Shown here one piece after another: positions 53,201 to 64,000 of a DNA stretch of 64,000 nt (position 1 is the stretch's first letter; the number at the start of each line of letters is the position of its first letter). Source of the stretch: Massilia sp. Lineage in GTDB: Bacteria > Pseudomonadota > Gammaproteobacteria > Burkholderiales > Burkholderiaceae_D. Where the stretch lies: assembly GCA_025359245.1 (NCBI GenBank), contig JANYGW010000156.1, positions 8,081 through 72,080 on the forward strand, read 5' to 3'. A program made the position numbers and the translations under genes. The notes beneath the pieces are model-generated. The model was not told the origin of the DNA. It searched no databases and saw only the letters and a list, made by a program, of their open reading frames with translations.

Positions 53201-56004
53201 ATGCCGAACGCGACCTGCTCGACGAGACCGTCGACTGCTCGCGCGAGATGCTGCAGAAGTTTGCCCTGGGCGAAATCGCCGCGCCCAATCCGGACCTGGT
53301 GGCGCGCCTGAATGCGCTGCGCCATCGCCTGGTGGAGCAGGAGTCGGCCATCTATCTCGGCGCCGAGAGTTCCGAAGTGAGCACGTCCGACGACGCGGCA
53401 AGCGCCGAAACGGTGCTGGAAGAAATGCCTGCCGTGGAAGACATCACAGCGCCGCTCGACGTGCTGGCAGAAATGCCTGCAGCCGAAGACATCGACGCCC
53501 CGATCGAAGCGGCCGAACCGGTCCTCGAGTCGTTCGACATCGCCGACCTGGAGCTGGCGCCGCCGACGGCCGAAACGGTCGATCCGGTCATCGAGCACAC
53601 CGAGATGCCGGTCCCGGTCATGGTCATGGTCGACGACATCGTCGTGGCGGAGCCGGCGCCTGAACCGATCTCCGAGCCGCAGGCGTTCGCTGCCGAAGTA
53701 GCGGCGATCGAATCGGCGATCAGCGATTCGGCGGTCCAGAACGCGGTGGCCGAAGTCCCGTTCGGCGACGACCTCGATGCCGATTTGCTGCCGGTGTTCC
53801 TCGAAGAGGCGACCGATTTGCTGCCGGAACTGGGCAATGGCTTGCGCAAGTGGCAGGCCAACCCGTCCGACGTGGCGTCGGCCAAGGGCCTGTTGCGGAT
53901 CCTGCACACCGTCAAGGGCAGCGCCCGGATGGCCGGCGCGATGCGCCTGGGCCAGCACACGCACGAGATCGAATCGCAGATCGAGAACATGGTCCACGCC
54001 GGAACGTCGACGCCAGCCGCGTTCGACGAACTGATGGCCAACTACGATCACGCGCTGCTGCTGTTCGAACAATTGCAAAATCCGGTCGATGCGAACGCCG
54101 AAGCGGCCGCCGGCGCAGCACCTGGCGCGGCGCCGCTCAACGTCGCTGCCGACGATGCTGCCGCGACCGTCGCGCGCACCCCGCTGGTGCGGGTCCGTGC
54201 CGACATTCTCGACCGCTTGGTCAACCAGGCCGGCGAAGTGTCGATCACGCGTTCGAAACTGGAAAACCAGGTGTCGACGCTCAAGTCGTCGCTGACCGAC
54301 TTCTCGGAAAATCTGGCCCGCTTGCGGCGCCAGTTGCGCGAAGTGGAGATGCAGGCCGAATCGCAGATCTCGTCGCGCATGTCGATTTCGAGCGAGCGCG
54401 AATTCGACCCGCTCGAATTCGACCGTTTTACCCGGCTGCAGGAACTGACCCGCATGATGGCCGAGAGCGTGAACGACGTTGCGTCGTTCCACGAAAGCCT
54501 GACCCGCACGGTCGATTCCGCCACCGACGATTTGACGGTCCAGTCGCGCCTGACGCGCGACCTGCAGCGCGATCTGATGCGGGTGCGGATGGTGCCGTTT
54601 TCGAGCCTGTCGGAGCGGCTGTTCCGGGTGGCGCGCCAGACCGCCAAGGAAATCGACAAGCGCGTCAACCTCGATATCCGGGGCGGCGGCGTCGAAATCG
54701 ACCGTTCGGTGCTGGAGCAGATGGCCGCGCCGTTCGAACACTTGCTGCGCAATTCCATCGTCCACGGTATCGAATCGCGCGACAAGCGCAATGCCAACGG
54801 CAAGGCCGACATCGGCGAACTGCTGGTGCAGGTCAGCCAGCAGGGTAACGAGGTGGTGATCCAGTTTAACGACGACGGCGCCGGCCTTGACCTGGACCGG
54901 ATCCGCGCCAAGGCGCGCGAAAAGGGCCTGATCGAGAAGAATGCGACCGTCACCGACAAGGAAGCGGCCGACCTGATTTTCGAACCGGGCTTTTCGACCG
55001 CCGATGCGCTCTCCGAACTGGCCGGGCGCGGCGTCGGCATGGACGTGGTGCGTTCGGAAGCGACCGCCCTGGGCGGGCGCGTCTCGATCGTGACCGAAAA
55101 AGGCAAGGGCGCGCGGTTTACCATCAACCTGCCACTGACGCTGTCGGTCACCCAGGTGGTCATTACCACCAGCGGCAGCAAGACCTATGCGGTGCCGTCG
55201 ATCCTGGTTGAACAGGTATTGCAGATCAAGGACGCGGCGCTGCAAAAGGCACGCGAAGCCGGCTTCGTCGAGTTCCAGGGCCACAAGGTCGCGCTGCACT
55301 TCCTGCCGACGCTATTGGGCGACAATGAGGCGCATCCGATGGTGCAGCGTTCGTGCCCGGTGCTGGTGCTCAAGCACGGCGCCGACCGGCTGGCCGTGCA
55401 AGTCGATGACGTGGTCGGCAACCGCGAGGTTGTCATTAAAAACATCGGCCCGCAGCTGTCGCGCATGATCGGCATTGCCGGCGCCACCGTGCTCGGTTCG
55501 GGCGAGATCGTGCTGATCCTGAACCCGGTCGCGCTGTCGCACCACATCGACCTGCATCCGCAGCTCAAGCCGGCTGCCATCGCGGCGGCGGCAGCGGCGC
55601 CGGAACCGACCAGGGCGCGCGACTTCGTGGTGATGGTGGTCGACGATTCGCTCACCGTGCGCAAGGTTACCCAGCGCCTGCTGGAGCGCGAAGGCTACCA
55701 GGTCATGCTGGCCAAGGACGGGGTTGACGCGCTCGAGCACCTGCAAGAGACCGTGCCCGACCTGATGCTGGTCGATATCGAGATGCCGCGCATGGACGGC
55801 TTCGACTTGACCCGCAACATCCGCGGCAACGACAGCACGGCCGCGGTGCCGATCATCATGATCACCTCGCGTACGGCGGACAAGCACCGCAACTACGCGC
55901 TGGACCTGGGCGTGAATGCCTACTTCGGCAAGCCGTTCCAGGAAGACATGCTGCTGGCCGCGATTTCGGGCCTGCTGAACCGGGAGATGCCGGTTACTCA
56001 GTAA
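50218..56004 (+). CDS. chpA: Multi-Hpt chemosensory histidine kinase ChpA
   Basis: Several Hpt motifs (HTLKGSG, HTLGG, HTVKGSA); HLLRNSIVHGIE; GRGVGMDVV; CheW and receiver domains. Confidence 0.92.
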   Translation: MTDFSHAPQFDTGPLGWVMGEIREALGKSGAALNDASALAGDAQADSLKHAKAYLHQAHGALQMVDVDGVGAMTQAAEHALDRFRDGLLECSVENAKAVNAVYQAVIEYLEELLSGAPQQPARLFPYYRDLQEKLGAARIHPADLFFPDLSLAAVLPAHAVAATNPDYAACRGRFEKALLPFLKSPDAASQQATAQVMQDAIALIAAGQKEAHARTFWVAMQCFAELVAKGQLASDLYVKQLFGLINLQIRRLTQGEGSLPEPMMRDALFFIAAAQHPSPTAKALRRAYRVDNVVPSNYDKKRYGRIDAAALKTAKEALARAKVSWDKLASEIDAGQEAEFEDLLATIAAASEKLGAPALARLQIDIVRATKESIASGRNELFSLDMATAMLFVEQGLDQIRQLPDDFDANAALVGQRLLALAAGRTPPDAPQWQGDLSRQIQQDHTVAVLAAEMKNGLRQVEKVLDDYYADGSKRPTLSQIDPVLHQLQGAVAILDQEDAMRAALHVKEAVRALAAAEGNPELEAASLQNIAQNIGALGFFVDMLAKNFDAAKDRFAFDRTEGMLREVPFEKPSGETQFEPEPIVIEAAPVAPVAQVTEAAAPPHSAAPVVAAPVMTAPPMPVEGEVEAELLEIFIMEAQEVLELVTATLPKLQREPSNQETITVVRRAFHTLKGSGRMVGLNNFGEGAALVEKVMNLWLSEGRAATPDLLALLGWASTDMTAWVDELAASGHSPRTSDALVASASRMLEGAAFSMEAAAPVVVAETLIQVETKVREPVVEAPPVVEPVPEQDIVAEAPPEEEEIVALLPFEDDAETGADVPVELLAEDFPEEPAMPDVPVVSDSVELDAIGADTPADAPVEEHVDEHVDEVIEAVEAAEPELAELAAPGNVIDFPGNARGATPADDNTKRIGDLEIPLPLYNIYLAETDEILRLLTRDFSEWRHEPHRLVTPEALKAAHTLGGTSATVGFSALTEIAHALEMALDTPAPVLEDAERDLLDETVDCSREMLQKFALGEIAAPNPDLVARLNALRHRLVEQESAIYLGAESSEVSTSDDAASAETVLEEMPAVEDITAPLDVLAEMPAAEDIDAPIEAAEPVLESFDIADLELAPPTAETVDPVIEHTEMPVPVMVMVDDIVVAEPAPEPISEPQAFAAEVAAIESAISDSAVQNAVAEVPFGDDLDADLLPVFLEEATDLLPELGNGLRKWQANPSDVASAKGLLRILHTVKGSARMAGAMRLGQHTHEIESQIENMVHAGTSTPAAFDELMANYDHALLLFEQLQNPVDANAEAAAGAAPGAAPLNVAADDAAATVARTPLVRVRADILDRLVNQAGEVSITRSKLENQVSTLKSSLTDFSENLARLRRQLREVEMQAESQISSRMSISSEREFDPLEFDRFTRLQELTRMMAESVNDVASFHESLTRTVDSATDDLTVQSRLTRDLQRDLMRVRMVPFSSLSERLFRVARQTAKEIDKRVNLDIRGGGVEIDRSVLEQMAAPFEHLLRNSIVHGIESRDKRNANGKADIGELLVQVSQQGNEVVIQFNDDGAGLDLDRIRAKAREKGLIEKNATVTDKEAADLIFEPGFSTADALSELAGRGVGMDVVRSEATALGGRVSIVTEKGKGARFTINLPLTLSVTQVVITTSGSKTYAVPSILVEQVLQIKDAALQKAREAGFVEFQGHKVALHFLPTLLGDNEAHPMVQRSCPVLVLKHGADRLAVQVDDVVGNREVVIKNIGPQLSRMIGIAGATVLGSGEIVLILNPVALSHHIDLHPQLKPAAIAAAAAAPEPTRARDFVVMVVDDSLTVRKVTQRLLEREGYQVMLAKDGVDALEHLQETVPDLMLVDIEMPRMDGFDLTRNIRGNDSTAAVPIIMITSRTADKHRNYALDLGVNAYFGKPFQEDMLLAAISGLLNREMPVTQ

Positions 56005-56018
56005 CCGCCAGCACCCAC

Positions 56019-56049
56019 AAAAACGCCCCGCTTCAACGGGGCGTTTTTT
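56019..56049. terminator. Bidirectional intrinsic terminator
   Basis: AAAAACGCCCCG-loop-CGGGGCGTTTTTT between convergent chpA and photolyase. Confidence 0.85.
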
Positions 56050-56070
56050 ATTGGCGCTGCCGAAATCAAC

Positions 56071-56097
56071 CCACATCGCCCTTGCGCAGGCGAGGGC
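56071..56097. repeat. REP-like palindrome, family B, copy 2
   Basis: Identical to 2137-2163. Confidence 0.7.
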
Positions 56098-57513
56098 CTA
56101 TGACTTGACGACGGCGTAGCGCTCGAGCGTCTTCTTGCGCGCCTCGTCGTGCATCACGATTGGTGGCGGATAGCCTTCCACTTTGGTCGCAGCCAGCCAC
56201 GGCGCATGGATCTCCTTGTCCGACAACTTGACCAGCTGCGGCAGGTAGCGCCGAATGAACTTGCCGTGCGCATCGAATTTCTCCGACTGCGTGACCGGAT
56301 TGAAGATGCGGAAGTAAGGCTGCGCATCGCAGCCCGAGGACGCAGCCCACTGCCAGCCGCCGTTGTTGGAGGCCAGGTCGAAGTCGTTCAGGTGCAGCGC
56401 GAAATACTGTTCGCCCCGGGCCCAGGCTATCCCCAGGTCCTTGATCAGGAAGCAGGCAGCCACCATGCGCAGCCGGTTGTGCATGTAGCCGGTCTGGTTC
56501 AGCTGCAGCATGGCTGCATCGACCAGCGGATAGCCGGTGCGTCCCTCGCACCAGGCGGCGAATCGCTTTTCGGCCTCGGGCCCGCTCTCCCATGCGATCG
56601 CGTCGTAGGCCGGCTTGAAGGCGCGCTCGGTCACGTGCGGATGGTGGAACAGGATCATCGCGTAGAACTCGCGCCAGATCAGTTCCGACAGCCATACCGG
56701 CGCGCCGTCGCCGCCGGCGCCGTTGGCGATCAGCGCGCTGACGGTGCGCACCAGGTGGCGGATCGACAGGGTGCCGAAGCGCAGGTGCACCGACAAATAG
56801 GACGGCCCCTTGACGGCAGGGTAATTGCGCGCTTCGCCGTAGGCTGCGATGCGGGTAATGAAGTCGTCGAACAGGGTGGCTGCGCCCGCCATGCCGGCCG
56901 GGACCGGCATGCTGGCCGGGCTGAAGCCGATCTCGGCCAGCGTCGGCAGCCGGTATGGCGAGGAAGGCGGCGCGAACTGCGCCGCGTGCGCTTCAATCGG
57001 CCACGGGGCCAGACAGTCCGGTTCGGCGGCGAGGCGCTTGAGCCAGGCGTTCTTGTAAGGCGTGAACACCGAAAACGTTTGCGCCGCCTGGGTCAGCACT
57101 TCGCTTTTTTCGAAAATGACCTGGTCCTTGAAGCTGGAAAAGCCGCGCCCATCGCTGCCGAGCCGCTGCGCCACGGCCTGGTCGCGCAGGATTGCCTGCG
57201 GCTCGTAGTCGCCATTGACGAACACGGCATCGACGTCCAGTTCGGCCGCCAGCGCCGGGATCGCGTCGATCGCGCTGGCATGGCGCACGATCAGGTAGCC
57301 GCCCAGCTGGCGCAGCTCGGCATCGAGCTCGGCCAGGCTGGCGTGGATGAAATCGACCCGGCGGTCGCTGCGCGGCAAGCCGTCGAGGATGTCGGTATCG
57401 TAAATGAATGCGCAATAGACGGACTTGGACGACGTTAGCGCATGATGCAGCGCTGCGTGGTCGAAGGCGCGCAGGTCGCGGCGGAACCAGACGAGGGATT
57501 TTCTTAAGATCAA
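56098..57513 (-). CDS. phrB: Deoxyribodipyrimidine photolyase
   Basis: WFRRDLR, SYLSVHL, ELIWREFY, GYMHNRLRM, NNGGWQW, RIFNP. Confidence 0.93.
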   Translation of the reverse strand: MILRKSLVWFRRDLRAFDHAALHHALTSSKSVYCAFIYDTDILDGLPRSDRRVDFIHASLAELDAELRQLGGYLIVRHASAIDAIPALAAELDVDAVFVNGDYEPQAILRDQAVAQRLGSDGRGFSSFKDQVIFEKSEVLTQAAQTFSVFTPYKNAWLKRLAAEPDCLAPWPIEAHAAQFAPPSSPYRLPTLAEIGFSPASMPVPAGMAGAATLFDDFITRIAAYGEARNYPAVKGPSYLSVHLRFGTLSIRHLVRTVSALIANGAGGDGAPVWLSELIWREFYAMILFHHPHVTERAFKPAYDAIAWESGPEAEKRFAAWCEGRTGYPLVDAAMLQLNQTGYMHNRLRMVAACFLIKDLGIAWARGEQYFALHLNDFDLASNNGGWQWAASSGCDAQPYFRIFNPVTQSEKFDAHGKFIRRYLPQLVKLSDKEIHAPWLAATKVEGYPPPIVMHDEARKKTLERYAVVKS

Positions 57514-57680
57514 CGCGTGCTCAGGGTCAAGATAGGATGGTTTTTACAGTCTACCATCGAAGTTAGCTGCGCCCGGATGGGCCGCAGCGATGGCCGCAGC
57601 CGCAATTCAGTGTAAACTATCGAAAAGCCCATCGTTGCAGGCGGGATACTGACAAATCTCCAGGCTCGAGGAAAAGGACG

Positions 57681-58343
57681 ATGAAGAAAAGCAAAATCGG
57701 CAGGGATCACCCCATGCCCGGCATGCCGCAAGATGACACTGGCGGCTTCGCCGGCGGCTTTGCGTCGTCGTCCGCCTCCACCATGAACCTGGCCAACCAC
57801 TTCCTGATCGCGATGCCGTCGATGCAGGATCCGGTGTTCGGCGGGACCGTCGTGTATATCTGCGAACACAACGACAAGGGCGTGCTCGGGGTGGTCATCA
57901 ACAAGCCGACCGACATGACCATGGAAATCCTGTTCGAACGGATCGACCTGCGCATCGTCGACGGCCTGCACAGCGCCGTCGTCAACGAGCCCATCATGTT
58001 CGGCGGACCGGTCCAGGACGACCGCGGCTTCGTGCTGCACACGCCCGGCGCCCATTACTCCTCCTCGCTGACGGTCACCGACGAAGTGGCCTTCACCACC
58101 TCCATCGACGTGCTCGAAGCGGTCGCCAACGGCGACGGCCCGCAGCGTCTGCTGGTGTCGATCGGCTATGCCGGCTGGAGCCCGGGCCAGCTCGAAGACG
58201 AGATCGGCCGCAACGGCTGGCTGACCGTCGGCGCCGACGCCCACGTGCTGTTCGACCTGCCGATCGAGGAACGCTACAACGCCGCCATCAAGCTGCTGGG
58301 GATCGACCCGATGATGCTGGCCTCCGAGGCCGGGCATGCGTAA
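57681..58343 (+). CDS. yqgE: YqgE/AlgH family protein
   Basis: [31 protein letters not shown] terminus. Confidence 0.92.
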   Translation: MKKSKIGRDHPMPGMPQDDTGGFAGGFASSSASTMNLANHFLIAMPSMQDPVFGGTVVYICEHNDKGVLGVVINKPTDMTMEILFERIDLRIVDGLHSAVVNEPIMFGGPVQDDRGFVLHTPGAHYSSSLTVTDEVAFTTSIDVLEAVANGDGPQRLLVSIGYAGWSPGQLEDEIGRNGWLTVGADAHVLFDLPIEERYNAAIKLLGIDPMMLASEAGHA

Positions 58344-58750
58344 TGCTTGAGCAGGCGATTGACACGATACTCGGATTCGATTTTGGCATCAAGCGCATCG
58401 GCATCGCCGTCGGCAATACCCTGACCGGCCAGGCGCAGCCGCTGGTGGTGGTCCAGGCGATCGACAATGCGGCCCGTTTCAAGCAGATCGGCGAGCTGAT
58501 CGCACTGTGGCGCCCGGCGCGCCTGGTGGTCGGCGAACCGCTGCACCCGGACGGCGCCGAGCACGAGATGACCTTGCGCTGCCGCCGCTTCGCCAACCAG
58601 CTGCACGGCCGCTTCAACCTGCCGGTGCACCTGGTCGACGAGCGCTATTCGTCGGCCGTGATCCAGGCCAAGCGCGGCGAGATCATCGACGCGAAAGCCG
58701 CCGCCATCATTTTGCAACAATACTTTGACGACCATGCCAACATCAACTAA
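58343..58750 (+). CDS. ruvX: YqgF/RuvX nuclease
   Basis: GFDFG.KRIGIA, VVG.P, VDERYSS, DAKAA..IL. Confidence 0.92.
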   Translation: MLEQAIDTILGFDFGIKRIGIAVGNTLTGQAQPLVVVQAIDNAARFKQIGELIALWRPARLVVGEPLHPDGAEHEMTLRCRRFANQLHGRFNLPVHLVDERYSSAVIQAKRGEIIDAKAAAIILQQYFDDHANIN

Positions 58751-59252
58751 GCAATTAGACGCCGAGGCCCTGTACCAGGTGCTGCTCGGCCAGGTGCGCG
58801 CCGGCCTTGCGGGCGTGCCCGACGCCGCCATTGTGGGCATCCATTCGGGCGGCGCGTGGCTGGCCGAACGGCTGGCAGCCGACCTTGGCCTGCAGGCGCG
58901 GCTCGGCTTCATCGACGTTTCGTTCTACCGCGACGACTACGCCAAAAAAGGCCTGCACCCCGACGTCAAGCCGACCCACATCGGCTTTAACGTCGATCGC
59001 GCCAACATCGTGCTGGTCGACGATGTGCTCTACACCGGGCGCACCACGCGCGCGGCGATCAACGTGCTGTTCGACTATGGCCGCCCGGCGCGCATCATGC
59101 TGGCCGCGCTGGCCGACCGCGGCGGGCGCGAGCTGCCGGTGGCGGCCGACTTCGTGGCCACCACGGTCGCGCTGGACCGCGAACAGTCGCTGGCGCTGGC
59201 GCGCGCGGCGGACGGACAATTCACGCTAACCATAGAACCAGACCATGCTTAA
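58734..59252 (+). CDS. pyrR: PyrR / uracil phosphoribosyltransferase family
   Basis: [25 protein letters not shown]. Confidence 0.93.
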   Translation: MPTSTKQLDAEALYQVLLGQVRAGLAGVPDAAIVGIHSGGAWLAERLAADLGLQARLGFIDVSFYRDDYAKKGLHPDVKPTHIGFNVDRANIVLVDDVLYTGRTTRAAINVLFDYGRPARIMLAALADRGGRELPVAADFVATTVALDREQSLALARAADGQFTLTIEPDHA

Positions 59253-60210
59253 TCCGCAACTGAATAAAAATGGCGAACTGCAGCACCTGTTGTCGATTGA
59301 GGGCCTGCCCAAATCGATCATCAACCATATCCTGGACACCGCCTCCAGCTTTGTCGGCATCTCCGACCGCGAAGTGAAAAAGGTGCCGCTGATGCGCGGC
59401 AAGAGCGTGTTCAACCTGTTCTTCGAGAACTCGACGCGCACCCGCACCACCTTCGAAATCGCCTCCAAACGCCTGTCGGCCGACGTCATCAACCTGAACA
59501 TCCAGGCCTCGTCGGCCAGCAAGGGCGAGTCGCTGCTCGACACCATCGACAACCTGTCGGCCATGCACGCCGATATGTTCGTGGTGCGCCACGCGCAGTC
59601 GGGCGCGCCGTACCTGATCGCGCGCCACCTGATCGACAAGAAGCAGTCGCATGTCCACGTGGTCAACGCCGGCGACGGCCGCCACGCGCACCCGACCCAG
59701 GGCCTGCTCGACATGTACACGATCCGGCACTACAAGAAGGACTTCACCAACCTGACCGTGGCCATCGTCGGCGACATCCTGCACAGCCGCGTGGCGCGCT
59801 CGGACATCCACGCATTGACCACGCTGGGCGTGCCCGAAGTGCGCGCCATCGGCCCGCACACGCTGCTGCCGGGCGGGCTCGAACAGATGGGCGTGCGCGT
59901 GTTCACCAACATGGACGAAGGCCTCAAGGGCGTCGACGTGATCATCATGCTGCGCCTGCAGAACGAACGCATGCGCGGGGCGCTGCTGCCGTCGGCCCAG
60001 GAGTACTTCAAGAGCTACGGCTTGACGCCCGAGCGCCTGGCGCTGGCCAAGCCGGACGCGATCGTCATGCACCCGGGGCCGATGAACCGGGGCGTGGAAA
60101 TCGATTCGGCGGTGGCCGACGGCGCCCAGGCGGTGATCTTGCCGCAGGTGACGTTCGGGATCGCGGTCCGCATGGCGGTGATGAGTATTCTGGCGGGAAC
60201 CCAAGGATGA
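59245..60210 (+). CDS. pyrB: Aspartate carbamoyltransferase catalytic subunit
   Basis: [22 protein letters not shown]. Confidence 0.97.
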   Translation: MLNPQLNKNGELQHLLSIEGLPKSIINHILDTASSFVGISDREVKKVPLMRGKSVFNLFFENSTRTRTTFEIASKRLSADVINLNIQASSASKGESLLDTIDNLSAMHADMFVVRHAQSGAPYLIARHLIDKKQSHVHVVNAGDGRHAHPTQGLLDMYTIRHYKKDFTNLTVAIVGDILHSRVARSDIHALTTLGVPEVRAIGPHTLLPGGLEQMGVRVFTNMDEGLKGVDVIIMLRLQNERMRGALLPSAQEYFKSYGLTPERLALAKPDAIVMHPGPMNRGVEIDSAVADGAQAVILPQVTFGIAVRMAVMSILAGTQG

Positions 60211-61511
60211 AATTACATATCAAGAACGGCCGCATGATCGACCCGGCCAACGGCATCGACAAGGTGCAGGACCTGTTTATCGTGGACGGCAAGATCGCCT
60301 CGGCCGGCGCGGCGCCGGCCGGCTTTGCGGCCGACACCACGCTCGACGCCACCGGCCTGGTGGTCGCTCCCGGCCTGGTCGACCTGTCGGCGCGCCTGCG
60401 CGAGCCGGGCTACGAATACAAGGCCACGCTCAAGTCCGAGATGCAGGCGGCGATGCAGGGCGGCGTCACCACCTTGATCTGCCCGCCCGACACCGATCCG
60501 GTGCTGGACGAGCCGGGCCTGGTCGAGATGCTCAAGCACCGCGCCGGCAAGCTGCAGCAGGCGCACGTGCATCCGCTGGGCGCCCTGACAATGGGCCTGC
60601 GCGGCGAAGCGCTGACCGAGATGGCCGAGCTGACCGAGGCCGGCTGCATCGGCTTCTCGCAGGCCGAAGTACCGATGGAAGACACCAACGTGCTGCTGCG
60701 CGCGCTGCAGTACGCCAAGACCTTCGGCTTCACGGTCTGGGTGCGCCCGCAGGACGCCCACATCGGACGCGGCGGGATCGCCCACAGCGGACCGCTGGCG
60801 TCGCGCCTGGGCCTGTCCGGCGTGCCGGTGATGTCCGAAACGATCGCATTGCACACGCTGTTCGAACTGGTGCGCGCGACCGGCGCGCGGGTGCACCTGT
60901 GCCGCATGTCGTCGGCGGCCGGCCTCGAGCTGGTGCGCGCGGCCAAGAAGGAAGGGCTGCCGGTCACTTGCGACGTCGGCGCTCATCACGTGCACATGAC
61001 CGACGCCGACATCGGCTTCTTCGATTCGAACGCGCGCGTCACGCCGCCGTTTCGCAGCCAGCGCGACCGCGATGCGATCCGCGCCGCGCTGTTCGACGGC
61101 ACGCTCGATGCCATGTGCTCGGACCACACTCCGGTCGACGACGACGAAAAGCTGCTGCCGTTCGGCGAAGCGTCGCCCGGCGCGACCGGCCTCGAACTGC
61201 TGCTCTCGCTGGCGCTGAAATGGGCCGACGATTACGCCGCCAGCCAGCATGCGGCGGCCGGCGCGGCGACGCCGCTGGCGCGCGCGCTGGCCAAGGTCAC
61301 TGCCGACGCGGCGCGCGTGGCGGGCCTGGCGGCCGGCACGCTCTCGCCCGGCGCCGACGCCGACGTGGTGCTGTTCGACCCGCAGGCGCGCTGGAAGGTC
61401 GAAGCGGCGGCGCTGGCCAGCCAGGGCAAGCACACGCCGTTCCTCGGCTACGAACTGGCCGGCCAGGTCAGGGCCACGATCGTGGGCGGACGTATCGCGT
61501 TCCAGCGCTAG
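60207..61511 (+). CDS. pyrC: Dihydroorotase-like protein, probably the inactive PyrC' ATCase partner
   Basis: [14 protein letters not shown] (HxH ligands replaced); SDHTP; follows pyrB. Confidence 0.88.
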   Translation: MKLHIKNGRMIDPANGIDKVQDLFIVDGKIASAGAAPAGFAADTTLDATGLVVAPGLVDLSARLREPGYEYKATLKSEMQAAMQGGVTTLICPPDTDPVLDEPGLVEMLKHRAGKLQQAHVHPLGALTMGLRGEALTEMAELTEAGCIGFSQAEVPMEDTNVLLRALQYAKTFGFTVWVRPQDAHIGRGGIAHSGPLASRLGLSGVPVMSETIALHTLFELVRATGARVHLCRMSSAAGLELVRAAKKEGLPVTCDVGAHHVHMTDADIGFFDSNARVTPPFRSQRDRDAIRAALFDGTLDAMCSDHTPVDDDEKLLPFGEASPGATGLELLLSLALKWADDYAASQHAAAGAATPLARALAKVTADAARVAGLAAGTLSPGADADVVLFDPQARWKVEAAALASQGKHTPFLGYELAGQVRATIVGGRIAFQR

Positions 61512-62278
61512 TGGCTTCGAAGATCAAGCTCGCCTTTCGCCTGGGCCGGATCGGCGTGCACCTGTGCGCCGGCCTGGCCGCCTGCGCGCTGGTGTTCCCG
61601 TGGACCAGCGCGGCGCGCCGCGCACGCATCACGCGGCGCTGGTCGCGCCGGCTGCTGGGCATCTGCGGCGTCAGCGTCGAACAGGCCGGCGGCGCGGCGG
61701 CGCTGGAGCACGCGATGATCGTGTCGAACCATGTGTCGTGGCTGGACATTTTCGTCATCAACGCCCTGCATCCCTGCCATTTCGTGGCCAAGTCCGAAAT
61801 TCGCGACTGGCCGGTGCTCGGCTGGCTGGCCGACAAGGGCGGCACGGTGTTCATCGCGCGCGGCAACCGGCGCGAATTGCGGCATATTTTCAAGAGCATG
61901 GTGGCGAGCTTGCAGGCTGGCCAGCGGGTGGCGTTTTTCCCGGAAGGGACGACCGCCGCGCCGGGTACGGTGCTGCCGTTTCATGCCAATTTATTTGAAG
62001 CGGCCGTCGACGCCCGGGTGCCGGTGCAGCCGTTCGCCTTGCGCTACCTGGACGCGGGCGGCGCGCCGCATGGCGGGATCGATTTCAGCGGCGAGATGAG
62101 CTTTGCCCAGAACATGATCCAGGTCCTGTCGGGGCCGCCGGTGCGCGCCAGCCTGACCTGCCTGGCGCCGATCGAAGCGGCTGGCGCGCACCGGCGCGAG
62201 CTGGCGCAGGCCGCGCATGACGCGATCGCGGCCGCGCTGAGCGCAGCGCAAAATCGTGGACTCGGCGTCCCCGTCTGA
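61511..62278 (+). CDS. Lysophospholipid acyltransferase (PlsC family)
   Basis: SNHVSWLD, FVAK, FFPEGT; GTG start at 61511. Confidence 0.88.
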   Translation: MASKIKLAFRLGRIGVHLCAGLAACALVFPWTSAARRARITRRWSRRLLGICGVSVEQAGGAAALEHAMIVSNHVSWLDIFVINALHPCHFVAKSEIRDWPVLGWLADKGGTVFIARGNRRELRHIFKSMVASLQAGQRVAFFPEGTTAAPGTVLPFHANLFEAAVDARVPVQPFALRYLDAGGAPHGGIDFSGEMSFAQNMIQVLSGPPVRASLTCLAPIEAAGAHRRELAQAAHDAIAAALSAAQNRGLGVPV

Positions 62279-62291
62279 CCCCGGCTTACGC

Positions 62292-63128
62292 TCAACCGTG
62301 TTTCTGGTATTCGGGGCAGTCAACTTCCAGCAGGCTGCGGTCGTCCAGGCAGATGGCGGTGAGCTTGCCGCCCCAGACGCAGCCGCTGTCGAGGCCGACC
62401 AGGTCGGGCCGCAGCAGCAGCCCCAGCGCCGACCAGTGCCCGAACACCACCGGCGTGCCGGCGCTGCGCCGCTCGGGCAGGTCGAACCACGGCAAGAGCG
62501 CCGAGCCGGGCGGCGTGCCGGCGCTTTCCTTGTGCTTGAAGTCCATCACGCCGTCCGCCGTGCACAGGCGCATGCGGGTCAGGGCGTTGACGATGCAGCG
62601 CAGGCGCGCCGTGCCGCTCAGGCTATCGTCCCAGTGGTCGGGCTGGTTGCCGTACATTGTTCCGAGGAAGTCGATCCAGCCGGGACCGCGCAGCACCGCC
62701 TCGACTTCGGCGGCCAGCGCCAGCGCCTGCTGCGCGCTCCACTGCGGCAGCAGGCCGGCATGCACCAGCAGGTGGCCGCATTCGAACAGCGCCAGCGGAC
62801 GGTGGCGCAGCCAGTCGATCAGTTCGTCGCAGTCAGGCGCGGCCAGGATCTCGGCCAGCGTGTCGGACTTCGAGACTGCCTGCGCGCCGCAGGCGACCGC
62901 CAGCAGGTGCAGGTCGTGGTTGCCGAGCACGGCGTCGACCAGCCCGCCGCTGTCGGCCCACAGCCGCTTCACCTTGCGCAGCGCCGCCAGCGAGGCCGGG
63001 CCGCGGTTGACCAGGTCGCCCACGAAGACGATGCGCGCCGCGCCGCCGGCGTGGTCGGCAATCCGGTGCAGCAGCACTTGCGCTTCATGGGCGCAGCCTT
63101 GCAGGTCGCCGATGGCATAAGTTTTCAT
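62292..63128 (-). CDS. apaH: Symmetrical bis(5'-nucleosyl)-tetraphosphatase
   Basis: [37 protein letters not shown]. Confidence 0.95.
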   Translation of the reverse strand: MKTYAIGDLQGCAHEAQVLLHRIADHAGGAARIVFVGDLVNRGPASLAALRKVKRLWADSGGLVDAVLGNHDLHLLAVACGAQAVSKSDTLAEILAAPDCDELIDWLRHRPLALFECGHLLVHAGLLPQWSAQQALALAAEVEAVLRGPGWIDFLGTMYGNQPDHWDDSLSGTARLRCIVNALTRMRLCTADGVMDFKHKESAGTPPGSALLPWFDLPERRSAGTPVVFGHWSALGLLLRPDLVGLDSGCVWGGKLTAICLDDRSLLEVDCPEYQKHG

Positions 63129-63208
63129 AATTACCACAGTAAAATGCGCTCAATTCGCCAGTTTCACATAGAATTGCGGCTTGACTCTACACTTATGCGG
63201 GATGCCGA

Positions 63209-64000
63209 ATGATTCTTGTCACTGGCGGTGCTGGTTTTATTGGATCGAATTTTGTTTTGGACTGGTTGGCCGGTTCGGACGAGCCGGTGCTGAACCTGGA
63301 CAAGCTGACCTATGCGGGCAACCTGAACAACCTGGTGTCGCTCGAGGGCGACGCGCGCCACGTGTTCGTGCAGGGCGATATCTGCGACGGCGCCGCGGTG
63401 CTGGCGCTGCTGAACGAACACCGGCCGCGCGCGATTCTGCACTTCGCCGCCGAGAGCCACGTCGACCGCTCGATCCACGGTCCGGGTGAGTTCATCAACA
63501 CCAATATCAACGGCACCTTCGCGCTGCTCGAAGCGGCGCGCAGCTACTGGTCGGCGCTGGACGCGGACGCGAAGGCGGCGTTCCGCTTCCTGCACGTGTC
63601 GACCGATGAAGTCTACGGTTCGCTGGGCCCGCACGATGCGCCGTTCAGCGAAACGACCGCGTATGCGCCCAACAGCCCGTATTCGGCGTCGAAGGCGGCG
63701 TCCGACCACCTGGTGCGCGCCTACCACCACACCTACGGCATGCCGACCTTGACCACCAATTGCTCGAACAATTACGGTCCCTACCACTTCCCGGAAAAGC
63801 TCATTCCGCTGATTATCGCGAACGCGCTGGCCGGCAAGGCGCTGCCGATTTACGGCGACGGCATGCAGGTGCGCGACTGGCTGTTCGTCAGCGACCATTG
63901 CGCGGCGATCCGCAAGGTGCTGGCCGACGGCACGCCGGGCGAGGTGTACAACGTGGGGGGCTGGAACGAAATGGCCAATCTGCACGTGGTCCATACGCTG
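63209..64000 (+). CDS. rfbB: dTDP-glucose 4,6-dehydratase, 3'-truncated by the window edge
   Basis: Hand translation: [48 protein letters not shown]. Confidence 0.95.
   Translation, partial: MILVTGGAGFIGSNFVLDWLAGSDEPVLNLDKLTYAGNLNNLVSLEGDARHVFVQGDICDGAAVLALLNEHRPRAILHFAAESHVDRSIHGPGEFINTNINGTFALLEAARSYWSALDADAKAAFRFLHVSTDEVYGSLGPHDAPFSETTAYAPNSPYSASKAASDHLVRAYHHTYGMPTLTTNCSNNYGPYHFPEKLIPLIIANALAGKALPIYGDGMQVRDWLFVSDHCAAIRKVLADGTPGEVYNVGGWNEMANLHVVHTL

Noticed and set aside
50941-55299. 1452-aa minus-strand ORF and similar long antisense ORFs elsewhere
   Set aside because: Shadow ORFs typical of high-GC3 genes; they lie opposite well-supported genes.
60207-61511. Dihydroorotase lacking HxH metal ligands as a novelty or pseudogene
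   Set aside because: Matches the known inactive PyrC' structural subunit of Pseudomonas-type ATCase.

Overview
GC-rich betaproteobacterial chromosome segment. Gene order and protein style suggest Oxalobacteraceae (Massilia-like); this is inference. Most of the window is housekeeping: tandem alkaline phosphatases, ffh, pilS/pilR, nrdAB with NrdR boxes, a histone H1-like protein, prmA-accCB-aroQ, mpl, aroE-mtgA, corA, hemL, the pilG-pilH-pilI-pilJ-chpA chemosensory cluster, photolyase, yqgE-ruvX-pyrR-pyrB-pyrC, apaH and the start of rfbB. I saw no rRNA, tRNA, CRISPR array or transposase. Three accessory stretches stand out. (1) A lower-GC cassette between corA and hemL (about 40279-43485, minus strand): a sigma70 promoter drives an unannotated 56-aa secreted twin-CX3C peptide, a TonB-dependent receptor, a membrane-anchored glutaredoxin and a second secreted twin-CX3C peptide. 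This is the best candidate for an undescribed disulfide-hairpin peptide system. (2) A roughly 1 kb non-coding, CG-repeat, hairpin-dense region upstream of the histone H1-like gene. (3) A secreted ComEC-type metallo-beta-lactamase-fold hydrolase divergent from a CadC/ToxR-like TPR sensor, with helically phased repeats between them.
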